DNA from: a virus
Strand: one strand, 5' to 3'
Virus record (IMG/VR): IMGVR_UViG_3300049491_000419
Coordinates: 27,483 to 91,482 of that record
Length of the DNA: 64,000 nt
The notes below the pieces were generated by a model. The model was not told the DNA's origin and did not search any database. It saw only the letters and a program-made list of their open reading frames with translations. The translations under genes and the position numbers were made by a program. Shown here one piece after another: positions 1 to 9,544 of this stretch (position 1 is the first letter of the stretch; each line of letters starts with the position of its first letter).

Positions 1-3000
1 ATCGTAACCGTAGACAACAAATGTACCATCGGCTAGTGCTCGAACAATAACACCGCTGTATGAATAGGTATCGACAACCGGGCTCTTATGTAGGAATACA
101 TCAAAGTTTGTTGACGGAATGATTAGGGTGTTGGTATTTGCACCAGGTGATACTGATGAAATATAAGTGTTGGTTGTGTCCTTGTTAATGAAACCCGCAA
201 CCTTGTTTGCAAGATTGACATCAAGTGTTCTGATTTTCTGTCCAAAGGTGTCGGCAATATTTTTTCCTAGGAAAAGAATTCTATCACTGATCCAGCACTG
301 ATATCCAAATCTAACTTCGGTTACACTATCAACAATTTCGGCGTGAACATACTGATCCTTATTCTTTGGGCGGAACCATGCAAAGAACGGATCATCAAAT
401 GCGAATATATCATTCTGTACATATTGCCAATTCTTGTTTGACATTACTGGGGTTGCAGATGCAGGTACAGTAATCATGCCAGGAGACAATTCGGTTCCTA
501 GTGTGTCCCACAGAAGTTCACCAAATGGGCCTGGACGCATTAAATATAGGAATTCCTGTGCGCTGTATGCGTATGCAGAAGTAGACATCCAAGCTTGCTC
601 AACTGGGGAACCATCGCCATACACCCACGCATCATCGAAATGATCAAATGGTGCGTAAGGATTTCCACTGTAGGCTAGACCAAACAGTGTAATGATAGGA
701 ATAATTTCGCCGGCGCCATCAACGGGAATCAATGAAGATAATCCCGGACGTACCCACATTTCCTGTGGTTGAACAATCTGGGTATCTGGGTTGTAAATTG
801 CACACGGACCCTGACGGATAATACCAGCCTCGAGATCGGTATACATGATGTGTAAGCCAGCAGAAGTTGAAGTCCACACTTCTTGGCCTGCAAGGTTTAG
901 GACTGGAGGACCATACTCTGTCTCCCACCATTCTGGCTTTGTACTGAATCCCAACATTTCCCATGGGCGTGTATCTGGGTAATAGGTATCATAGTAATAT
1001 TGGAAAATGCCTTTCCAGTTACCAGGCAAGTCAGTTTGACCACCTGTCGGAGTTACTGCGAGACGATAGTTATAAAGTTTCCACAACTGGTTAAGCGGAG
1101 TTGTCAGACTGGCAGTTGGCCAATCATTGACTCTGTAATTTGCTCTGTTCTTGGCAGACCACTTGTTTAGATATGACTCTGTAATCTCTAGATACTCATC
1201 ACGTGAGTAACGAGTTTGTCTAAAGTATCCAGTCTTTACAGATTCAATACGTAGAGGAATATAGTATTCGTTACGATACTTTGTCTGCAAGAAGTTATAG
1301 ATTCTTGTTTCAAGATCTAGAAGTAATTGATCTCTGTAATCACCGTAAGAAATTGTCTTTGAACCATCGTGCCCAATAACAACGTCAGTAGGAATTGCAT
1401 ATGTTGCGTCTAGTTCAATTCTAGGAATATATGCACCCCACGCACCAACCTTTGTTGGTGTTGATGGAATATAGGTTGGCAACGGGTTCTTGTATAGGTA
1501 GACAAGAATATCTTTAACACCCACACCTAGGTTCAGCTGAATATCGATTGCAAGGTTTGTATTAACAATTTCGTAATCAACGCCAACAGTTAGAATTCGT
1601 TCTGTTGTTGGATTTGTAACGTCGTAGAGGTATACAACATTTCGCGGATCTGTAAGGTCGACGTAGTTTGCAAGAGTAATTAATGTGTTACCCGGAACAT
1701 TAAATGTTTCTGATGCAAATGGTGTTCCTTGTGCTGCCATGAAGGAATACGCAAATGCATTTGAGAATTCCTTAGAGACATTGAGGATACGTAGGATTTC
1801 TCCAACCCATGCTGCAATGTCAACAGTGCCAGTGAATACCTGTACAGGATCAAATCCTTGGTTGATTAATTGTAGAGCAGTTGTTAGGAACTTGTTCTTA
1901 AACTTCGTGTACTCATCGGAACTAAAGCGGACACCTTTGATAAAATCTAGATCGTCGGAAGACGATACAAGCATTGATTTTAGTGCAGGAGCAAGGTTTT
2001 GTAGAATATATAAACCGACAGATCTATTCTTTAGGGAATCCCTGTAGTTGTTAATACCACCAAAGGATGATCCAGTAAAGCCTACTTGGTTTTCAATGAT
2101 GGAGGCAAAGTGTTGAATTAGATTACTTGCACTAATTTCAGAAACTTCAAGTTGTGTTGGGTTAGCCTCAAGCTGTTGAGGAATCTCAAAGTATCCCGGA
2201 TAAGCCGGATCTAGCAATCCTCTTGTATATGTTTGTGCCTCAACAACTGGTGGAATTGTTTGAGTTGTGGTTAACAAATTAGTTAGGTAAGCGGTAAGAT
2301 CAATATAGATTCTGTTGTTTAGTTCGAAGAACTCAAACCCGCCAATTTCGTTTTTAATTTCAGTACCGTTGACATTGACGCTAATATCAGCATCAGTTTG
2401 AATTGCACCTCCACCGAGAATATAACCGTATGGTGTGACGCTTAGTCTAAAATTGAATTCGGACCCATAGCCAACAACATACTTGTCAATAACTCTTTGC
2501 TTGCTATAATTTGGGCATGCACCGGCAGCAATAGCATCTTCGCCGAAGATAACCACATCACTGTTTAGGATTAGGCCGGTATTGAACGTGATTTGATTTG
2601 GGCCGGTTACTGTGAAGTTCTTTGTCGCACCCTCAAGTTGGTAGACGCCGTTAACAAATACTTGTAGGTATGAGTTTTCAGTTGTGCCTGCAAGTACAGG
2701 GAAGAGAGTAGTGAAGACTGTCTGGCTAGAAGTTGCAACAAGGCTTGCATAGCTAGGAGGAGTTGTAACCGTCGAATATCCGACAATAACTACATCGCTG
2801 TTTAGAGCCAGGCCAGTATTGAATGTAATCTGATTTGCACCAGTAACTGTGAAGTTCTTTGTAAGTCCTTCGACTTGGAATACACCGTTAACATACACCT
2901 GAATCTGTGTAGCTACTGTGGGAATCGCAGTGTTGAAAACTGTCTGGGCAGCTAAGGATACAAATTCTTCATAGTCAGGAATATCTGTAACAGCAGAATA

Positions 3001-4866
3001 ATCATAGATAACCACATCGCTGCTTAATGGAACACCGACGTTAAAGGTAATCTGGCTTGCACCAGTTACTTGATAATTCTTAGTTACACCCTCTTGTTGG
3101 TAGACACCATTTACAAATACCTGTAGGTATGTCTTACCAGCAGCATTTGCAACTGTAGGAATGTTAGTGTTAAAAACTGTCTGGGCAGCAGTAGCGGAAA
3201 ACTTTTCAAAGTTTGGATTAATACCGTCATCGCAGCCGCAAACATCATATAGATTCCAGTTGTTGAATGTAACTTCACTGGTTGTGATATTGTAGTAATA
3301 ATATCCGTCGATTGGTGTTAATACATTTCCGTTATAGGTGTATCGATTTGTTATTAGATCGTTTTGGAATACAATATCGGTTGCCTGACCAAGTGAGGTA
3401 TAGACGATAGGAAACTTCAACACTGGGTCAACAGTTGCACCTGCGGTTGTGTTTACCTTGTAAGAGAAAATCTCACTACCACGGAAAGTGCTGTCTGGGT
3501 AGGTAACTGGATCATCTAATTCAACGCCGTTGTGATCAAGCAAAACAAACAATGGAGGCTGATTTGTAGAAATTTTTTCGTTGTATGCCTCTTGCCATAC
3601 ACCTGCTTCATAGTACCAGGTTTGTCCGCGCTGGGCTGAATTGTATGGACCATCTTCTGCAACAAATACAATATCACCGTTAAGGGCAGGAGTAACTACA
3701 GAAGTCCATTCTGTGAATGTAACGATACCAAATCCGTCTACGTTTGCTTCATAGATATAGCCATTTGACAAAGGATCATCAAACCAGCAAACCAAGTCCA
3801 GGTCTGCCATTTCAATGTTGTAAGTTAGATTGATTGTTGCAAGTGGCTGACCCTGGAACTGTGCAAGTGTAAGAGGTTGTGCAGCCAAGTCTGTGCCGAA
3901 GCCGAAACTAATTGTTTCTCTAAACTGTGTTCCCGATTTGTACAGAGGAATGTTAGCAACAAATTGGATGATTGGGCGCAATGCGCGTGTAGCATTTGTT
4001 GGGAATGAACTTCCGGTTGCAGCAATCGATGCATTAATGGTTTCAATATGAAACCATTTGTTAGTTCTCGACCATGCGTTTCTGTCAATTGCGCCGCGCT
4101 CAATTGTAATGTAATCTCCATTACCTGGTTGTGCTTGAACTTCCCATGTGTTCATGTCCCAGAATTCGTTTTCGATAATTCTACCAGTGGACAACTCGAT
4201 TGTACCGTCCCATGGCAAGAATTCAAAGATTGTACCGGCAGTTAGGTCTGTGAACTTTTCAATTAAGTCAAAGCCAATACAACCGCCAAAGTTTTCAAGT
4301 ACATGCGGATCCGAAAATGTAGGATCATCAAGCAATGCGATTGTCATGCCCGATGTTAATGTTAGATTAGGTGGGGTTGCGGTAATAGGTGTTGTGTAAG
4401 ACGACTGGCCGATAATATCGGAAGCCAAAACACCAGTAATAGAAATTACAGGTAGGCCTTGCTCAACCCAATAGTAATTCTGATAGTTAATAAACATATC
4501 ATAATCAATTGGAGGGCCAAAGCTGTAGTATTCAGATTCAAACAGTCTATCCTGATTAAGAGTGTTGCCACCGTAATATTCGATGTTCTCTAGAAGATCT
4601 TCATAGAAGAATACATTACTCTTTGTTGTGTCTGCATCACGTGCGTATGCAGTAGCTTCAAGTTGCCACCATGTTCTATTCTTAGAAGGCTCTGGTAGGT
4701 AGAAATCAGTAATAGGATTGTAACTACCAGGATCTCTGCGTCCCAAATAACCAGCAAGCAAGTCGCTGTCTTTCTTTGAAAAGACTTGATCGAATGTTGC
4801 ATCAAAGAATTTCTTTTCAGTTACGGTTTGAAAAACCGCCGGTAGTTTCTTGATATACTGGGTCAT
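1..4866 (-). CDS. Giant baseplate/tail structural protein, 5' part (>1622 aa; runs off the left edge)
   Basis: ATG at 4866 reads MTQYIKKLPAVFQTVTEKKFFDATFDQVFSKKDSDLLAGYLGRR. Sampled segments stay in frame towards base 1; no stop inside the window explains its absence from the ORF track. Late box at 4904-4912; directly downstream of the gp6-like gene. Confidence 0.85.
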   Translation of the reverse strand, partial: MTQYIKKLPAVFQTVTEKKFFDATFDQVFSKKDSDLLAGYLGRRDPGSYNPITDFYLPEPSKNRTWWQLEATAYARDADTTKSNVFFYEDLLENIEYYGGNTLNQDRLFESEYYSFGPPIDYDMFINYQNYYWVEQGLPVISITGVLASDIIGQSSYTTPITATPPNLTLTSGMTIALLDDPTFSDPHVLENFGGCIGFDLIEKFTDLTAGTIFEFLPWDGTIELSTGRIIENEFWDMNTWEVQAQPGNGDYITIERGAIDRNAWSRTNKWFHIETINASIAATGSSFPTNATRALRPIIQFVANIPLYKSGTQFRETISFGFGTDLAAQPLTLAQFQGQPLATINLTYNIEMADLDLVCWFDDPLSNGYIYEANVDGFGIVTFTEWTSVVTPALNGDIVFVAEDGPYNSAQRGQTWYYEAGVWQEAYNEKISTNQPPLFVLLDHNGVELDDPVTYPDSTFRGSEIFSYKVNTTAGATVDPVLKFPIVYTSLGQATDIVFQNDLITNRYTYNGNVLTPIDGYYYYNITTSEVTFNNWNLYDVCGCDDGINPNFEKFSATAAQTVFNTNIPTVANAAGKTYLQVFVNGVYQQEGVTKNYQVTGASQITFNVGVPLSSDVVIYDYSAVTDIPDYEEFVSLAAQTVFNTAIPTVATQIQVYVNGVFQVEGLTKNFTVTGANQITFNTGLALNSDVVIVGYSTVTTPPSYASLVATSSQTVFTTLFPVLAGTTENSYLQVFVNGVYQLEGATKNFTVTGPNQITFNTGLILNSDVVIFGEDAIAAGACPNYSKQRVIDKYVVGYGSEFNFRLSVTPYGYILGGGAIQTDADISVNVNGTEIKNEIGGFEFFELNNRIYIDLTAYLTNLLTTTQTIPPVVEAQTYTRGLLDPAYPGYFEIPQQLEANPTQLEVSEISASNLIQHFASIIENQVGFTGSSFGGINNYRDSLKNRSVGLYILQNLAPALKSMLVSSSDDLDFIKGVRFSSDEYTKFKNKFLTTALQLINQGFDPVQVFTGTVDIAAWVGEILRILNVSKEFSNAFAYSFMAAQGTPFASETFNVPGNTLITLANYVDLTDPRNVVYLYDVTNPTTERILTVGVDYEIVNTNLAIDIQLNLGVGVKDILVYLYKNPLPTYIPSTPTKVGAWGAYIPRIELDATYAIPTDVVIGHDGSKTISYGDYRDQLLLDLETRIYNFLQTKYRNEYYIPLRIESVKTGYFRQTRYSRDEYLEITESYLNKWSAKNRANYRVNDWPTASLTTPLNQLWKLYNYRLAVTPTGGQTDLPGNWKGIFQYYYDTYYPDTRPWEMLGFSTKPEWWETEYGPPVLNLAGQEVWTSTSAGLHIMYTDLEAGIIRQGPCAIYNPDTQIVQPQEMWVRPGLSSLIPVDGAGEIIPIITLFGLAYSGNPYAPFDHFDDAWVYGDGSPVEQAWMSTSAYAYSAQEFLYLMRPGPFGELLWDTLGTELSPGMITVPASATPVMSNKNWQYVQNDIFAFDDPFFAWFRPKNKDQYVHAEIVDSVTEVRFGYQCWISDRILFLGKNIADTFGQKIRTLDVNLANKVAGFINKDTTNTYISSVSPGANTNTLIIPSTNFDVFLHKSPVVDTYSYSGVIVRALADGTFVVYGYD
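2545..3216 (-). repeat. Three tandem ~70-aa modules (QTVFNT...LQVFVNGV.Q.EG.TKN..VTG..QITFN...DVVI) inside the giant protein
   Basis: Manual translation gives copies at about 3216-2998, 2979-2778 and 2760-2545. Confidence 0.85.
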
Positions 4867-4903
4867 GTAGGGTTCCGAATAGTAGGTAGTGTTATCTACC
4901 TAC

Positions 4904-4912
4904 TATTTATCA
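4904..4912 (-). promoter_or_regulatory. Late promoter box TGATAAATA
   Basis: Intergenic, upstream of ATG 4866; recurrent motif resembling T4 TATAAATA. Confidence 0.75.
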
Positions 4913-4930
4913 GCGAAATTATCTACCCAG

Positions 4931-7900
4931 TTAAACTCGGAGATTTTGGTCTGTCAAGTTCGCCACAATCTGAACATTGTTCACTGTAGCTGTAGACATG
5001 AAAAGTTCTGTAGGACTTGCGATGATTTCAAACAAATTACCGAACTGTGAGTTGGCATTTGTTGGGACAATAACAACTGAGCTAATAATTCTAGATAGTT
5101 GTTGGTGAATGAATGCTGACAGTTCTGACCAGAAGAATTTTTCACCAAAGTCCCAGTTTCTAATATCAAAGTAAACATCGATTGCTTGAATAACCTTTGT
5201 CTTAACTTCGTTATCGCTAATACTGGTTGATGGTGCCTTAACGACTTTAATTGTTGCCTGCAATTCAGATGATGCTTGTGTACCAAACAGAATCTTAAAT
5301 GACCCCGAATTCCAAATCATAGAATCACTGACCATTTTATATTGATCCAGACTTTGGAACTGAATACGAAGTTCTTCGGTGGTTGGTGCTTCCGGCATTG
5401 CAGAAATGCTGCCATTACTATTTTTCCAGATTAACATATCTCTGTAGAAACTATCAGTAATAACAACCATATCGATAATGTTTGTAGGCGACGGATCAAC
5501 ACGTTGATCCAATGGTGAATAGTGTGCCCACTTGAAATACAAAGGTAATCTATCGTCATCGGGCACAGATGTATTTTGCGTGAATACCTTACCATTCTTA
5601 TCAAAGTGGTATTTGTCTAGCAATGAAACAAATGTTTGTCCGGACGGATATGTTGACAGGTCTGCAGACGTTGAGCTTTCGATTCCATAATATACACCAA
5701 AGCCCGGAGGACTAATGCCGTATACTAGGAACGATTTACTTAAGAAGTATGCGGTAAGAATATCTGTCTTGTCCACAACTGTTTGAGTTCCAGCTAACCA
5801 AGGGAACAGCAATAGTTGAGATGCAATCGGTCCGTTAAAGAATGCAGTAATCTGATTAGTGATAGAACGTGTTGACGGGATCATCGAGTTGAACAATAGT
5901 TGTTCGACATTATTTACAAACACAAGATCCGGGCTATCTAGATAGACTGTTGTTGCAGGTGGTGGGTCATATTGACTTCCCGGACCAATACCGCCAGGTA
6001 GTAATACACTAGAAAGAAATGGCGGGCTGAATAACTTTGTATTATCGATTAGGTCGACGGGGAAATAAACATACAAATCGGATTCGACGCCCTGCATAGT
6101 TGTATCCCAGTTTGCGATCCACGGACGTGTGCTCTGATATCCTGTAACTTCATTGTCATAGAATTCAAATACAACTCTGTCCTGTGGGGAAACAATCTGA
6201 TCAAATCCTGTGGGATTATCTGGAATACCGTCCTCATTCTCATCGAGCAAAGATACTTCTACCTTTGATGTATCGACATAACCGTCGGGTTGTGTAAACA
6301 CTCCGGTAATATTAAACGGAACCTGTCTACGCAAAAATACATCCTGCGGATTAAGAATGGGTGTCGGTGGTTCATTATTATCAACAAGACTGTTTGTATT
6401 TACAAACGGCATAATCTCAATGGTATCTTGCAATGCCTGCCCAGACGAATTGTCAATAACAATTTGGTTTGGCTCCCAGAAGAATCTAACATCTCTATAA
6501 GATTCAAAAACGTATACACGACCGCGTGCAGTTAGGTCGAATGTTGTGATACCCAATTCATTGTTGCTCGCAATGTTTACATATAACAGACCGCCTGGTG
6601 GATAAGGTGCCCAATTAGAATAAATTTGAGCCACGCCAGCAATAAGAACTGTGGTCGGTCCAAATGGAATAATAGGTTCTTCAGAAACAGTAAATGTGGT
6701 TGGTGTAATACCGCCAGTAACGTAAACATTACCACCAAACAGACCCGGCGTTCCGTACTGAACTTGAATTGAATCTCCAACTGAAAGACCTGCGGTCGAC
6801 GAGACAGTAACTATCAGATTATTGTTTGTTGCGCCAGCTGCTGATGTATATGTCGGTGTCACTGTAGGTGGTGCATATCTAAATGGTTGATCGGATTGAT
6901 CGGACAGCCCCGGGGTTGCAGTAGTTGATGTATGCCATTCGTCAATTAGCAAATCATAATACATCCAGAAAGAAATACCATCATTAATACGCTGAACAAT
7001 TTCCGCAATTTCAGTTGAGTTTAGATCATTTCTAAACTTAGGATACACTTTAAGTGCTTGGAAATTAATCTGCTCTTCAACGCCCAATTCAATCGGGCCC
7101 ACGTTTGCATAAGGATTTAACGGGTTAATAATTAAAGGAATACCGTTCTGAATTACACTTCGAACTGCAGAGGTATTGATTGTGATCGGACTTAATGGAT
7201 TACCAATTTCAATAACAGATCCACCTGTGATAAATTCCCAAGGCTGATATAGGCTTGTGTTGAGAGAATTTGGGTTATTTGAAGTTAAGGTATTAACAAG
7301 TGCCACTGCGGTAGTTGACACTGTTGAATTAGTAAAGAAGCCTGTATCGTTTTTAAACTTTTGTGGACTTGTTTTCCAAATCAATGGAAGTTGATAAGGA
7401 TTACCGATATTCAACAGTGAGTACCCTGAAGCACCAAGAACCTGCTTGTTGACACGAATTGTACTTTCAAACTGTGGCAAATATTCATCGTAAAAGAATT
7501 GAGATACTTGCTGATCTCTTAACATTTCTTGAATAGTGTTAATCAAGATGTTTTCAATGGTCCCGGAGTTTGATGAATCTTCGATAACCTCAACAAGCAC
7601 GTTTTGATTATCGCGATACAACGCACCGTCTTCGCCAAAGATGATTAGGTCACGGTGGAAACCAGTTGGGTCGTTAAGATCGATGTAACGGCTTTGACCA
7701 CTGTATGTTCTGTCGAGTGCTTGAATCTTAGCAATTTGATTTCCGAATACAAGTGGTAGGACGTTATAGTCGCTTCCGTTGACCATGCGCGACTGTGTTG
7801 AAAAGACTTCTGGGGCACGTAATCTAATCTGTTCGTCTGTTTCTGCGGCCGCAGCATTACCGATTGTTTGCTCGAGGTTGAACACAATACGCAATACATA

Positions 7901-9076
7901 TTCTTGTTGGTCTACACCAATGTAAGGGATGTTGATTTGTAATCCTTGTGCATCATCGGGACGAATTACAAGTGCTTGATTTGCGCTAACACGAACCCAG
8001 AATCTAAACAAGCCAGTCGGCACATTACCGAAGTTACCATCAGCAAAGCGAACTGATACTGTATTATTTGCACCGGAGATAACATCAAAAATGTTTCTTT
8101 CAGCAAACTGAATACTGTTGTAAATGATATTCTCACCCGACAATGCAGGTACCTTCAACCACTTGTTGACAACAGTACCGTCATCAGTTGTTTCCTGCAC
8201 ATAGACGTCTTCCTGGTTGATGTTTTGGATATCAATTGGGAATACACGGTTAGGTACAGGGAATTCAAAGTTGGTATCAATGTTAATCAGATTACCTTGT
8301 TTGAAGTATAGGAAGAAGCCAGTATTTGCAGATGCAACACCTAAGCTATCATTTCGATAGATGAAATTAAATGCATCAGCAGGGTCTGGATCGCGTTCGA
8401 AGATTGTTTCATTTGTAACAAAATCCGGGTTGCAAACGTCAATTGGATATTCTTGTCCGCTAATGATAACTGATGTAGGATATGTAACGTTCAGACGCGG
8501 GATGCTGTTTAGCTGATATAGGTCGGTCGGAATTGAGCCAATTGTGCCACTCTTTGTTGGGCGCCCAAACGGGTTAAGCGTACTAAATGCGGCATTGCAA
8601 ACTTGCACAAATTGATCGAACCAATCAGGATTGTTTGGATCATTCCAGAAGATAGCAGTGTCGTTAATGTTTACGCCATTGGCATCTGTTAGTGGCTGGT
8701 TAGTTTGAACTGCGGCGATCTTAAATAAACCGCTTGATGGAATATTTCTACGTGGAACATAGTTAACCATCTGTGCAAGACGTATAATACTTTCACGACG
8801 TTCGGCTGTGTCAATAAAGTTTTCACGGCTATTAAGGTCTGTTCTAAATGCCAAGCTTGTACCAAAATACGCAAGCAATTCAATGATTGCAATAAATTCA
8901 GAACTTTCAATATAGTCGTTGAAGTCTTCTGGGTAGTAAGTCTGAATGTAATTGATTAGGGCTTGCTTTAGAGTATCGAAGTCATAAGCAGTATAATCAA
9001 TAAATTGGAAAGCTTTAAAGACCTTCTTGTAGTCTTCGGCGGCAAATAGATTCGATTGGCGAATTGATTCTGACAT
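4931..9076 (-). CDS. gp6: Baseplate wedge protein, T4 gp6-like (1381 aa)
   Basis: N-terminal DFDTLKQALINY...LAY...ENFIDTAERRESIIRLAQMVNY and FADGNFG motifs typical of gp6/baseplate-J; next to gp25. Confidence 0.85.
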   Translation of the reverse strand: MSESIRQSNLFAAEDYKKVFKAFQFIDYTAYDFDTLKQALINYIQTYYPEDFNDYIESSEFIAIIELLAYFGTSLAFRTDLNSRENFIDTAERRESIIRLAQMVNYVPRRNIPSSGLFKIAAVQTNQPLTDANGVNINDTAIFWNDPNNPDWFDQFVQVCNAAFSTLNPFGRPTKSGTIGSIPTDLYQLNSIPRLNVTYPTSVIISGQEYPIDVCNPDFVTNETIFERDPDPADAFNFIYRNDSLGVASANTGFFLYFKQGNLINIDTNFEFPVPNRVFPIDIQNINQEDVYVQETTDDGTVVNKWLKVPALSGENIIYNSIQFAERNIFDVISGANNTVSVRFADGNFGNVPTGLFRFWVRVSANQALVIRPDDAQGLQINIPYIGVDQQEYVLRIVFNLEQTIGNAAAAETDEQIRLRAPEVFSTQSRMVNGSDYNVLPLVFGNQIAKIQALDRTYSGQSRYIDLNDPTGFHRDLIIFGEDGALYRDNQNVLVEVIEDSSNSGTIENILINTIQEMLRDQQVSQFFYDEYLPQFESTIRVNKQVLGASGYSLLNIGNPYQLPLIWKTSPQKFKNDTGFFTNSTVSTTAVALVNTLTSNNPNSLNTSLYQPWEFITGGSVIEIGNPLSPITINTSAVRSVIQNGIPLIINPLNPYANVGPIELGVEEQINFQALKVYPKFRNDLNSTEIAEIVQRINDGISFWMYYDLLIDEWHTSTTATPGLSDQSDQPFRYAPPTVTPTYTSAAGATNNNLIVTVSSTAGLSVGDSIQVQYGTPGLFGGNVYVTGGITPTTFTVSEEPIIPFGPTTVLIAGVAQIYSNWAPYPPGGLLYVNIASNNELGITTFDLTARGRVYVFESYRDVRFFWEPNQIVIDNSSGQALQDTIEIMPFVNTNSLVDNNEPPTPILNPQDVFLRRQVPFNITGVFTQPDGYVDTSKVEVSLLDENEDGIPDNPTGFDQIVSPQDRVVFEFYDNEVTGYQSTRPWIANWDTTMQGVESDLYVYFPVDLIDNTKLFSPPFLSSVLLPGGIGPGSQYDPPPATTVYLDSPDLVFVNNVEQLLFNSMIPSTRSITNQITAFFNGPIASQLLLFPWLAGTQTVVDKTDILTAYFLSKSFLVYGISPPGFGVYYGIESSTSADLSTYPSGQTFVSLLDKYHFDKNGKVFTQNTSVPDDDRLPLYFKWAHYSPLDQRVDPSPTNIIDMVVITDSFYRDMLIWKNSNGSISAMPEAPTTEELRIQFQSLDQYKMVSDSMIWNSGSFKILFGTQASSELQATIKVVKAPSTSISDNEVKTKVIQAIDVYFDIRNWDFGEKFFWSELSAFIHQQLSRIISSVVIVPTNANSQFGNLFEIIASPTELFMSTATVNNVQIVANLTDQNLRV

Positions 9077-9498
9077 TAGAATGTATCCCTGTCTTTGAGA
9101 GAGAACGAAACAAATAGATTATCTGTTATAGATTCGGGTTTGAATAGCAATACCATAATAATGTTCAGTGCTTGGTCTTCTTGGTTTACGTCAATTGACA
9201 CAAGATCAACTCTTGGTTCGGATTGTATAACATTAACGGCATCGGCAATGATTGCATTCTTTGTGTATTCATCAAATGGATCAAAAAGATAATCATAAAT
9301 GCGTGTGCCGAAGTTTGGCAACATGACTCTTGTGCCCATTGGAGTTGCAAACGTATTTTCGATGTCTCTCTTAACCAATTCAATATTATTGAGGTTATAG
9401 GGAGGCGCAGGCTGATTTACAGTGTTGAATCCAACAAAGTAAGGCTTCCTTGTTATGCGTTTAGGTTGAACTAACCCTCGTTGATTTGCTGCGGCCAT
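9076..9498 (-). CDS. gp25: Baseplate wedge subunit, gp25-like
   Basis: TPMGTRVMLPNFGTRIYDYLFDP...EPRV motif of the GPW/gp25 family. Confidence 0.9.
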   Translation of the reverse strand: MAAANQRGLVQPKRITRKPYFVGFNTVNQPAPPYNLNNIELVKRDIENTFATPMGTRVMLPNFGTRIYDYLFDPFDEYTKNAIIADAVNVIQSEPRVDLVSIDVNQEDQALNIIMVLLFKPESITDNLFVSFSLKDRDTF

Positions 9499-9514
9499 AA
9501 AATTCTCTTTTTGT

Positions 9515-9523
9515 TATTTATCA
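9515..9523 (-). promoter_or_regulatory. Late promoter box TGATAAATA
   Basis: Upstream of the gp25 ATG; flanked by a 9-bp inverted repeat. Confidence 0.75.
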
Positions 9524-9544
9524 AGAGAATTAAGCAGGGTTATA

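Noticed and set aside
434-4805. Short ORFs listed in the first 4.8 kb
   Set aside because: All lie within the long minus-strand frame starting at 4866, which is the real gene.
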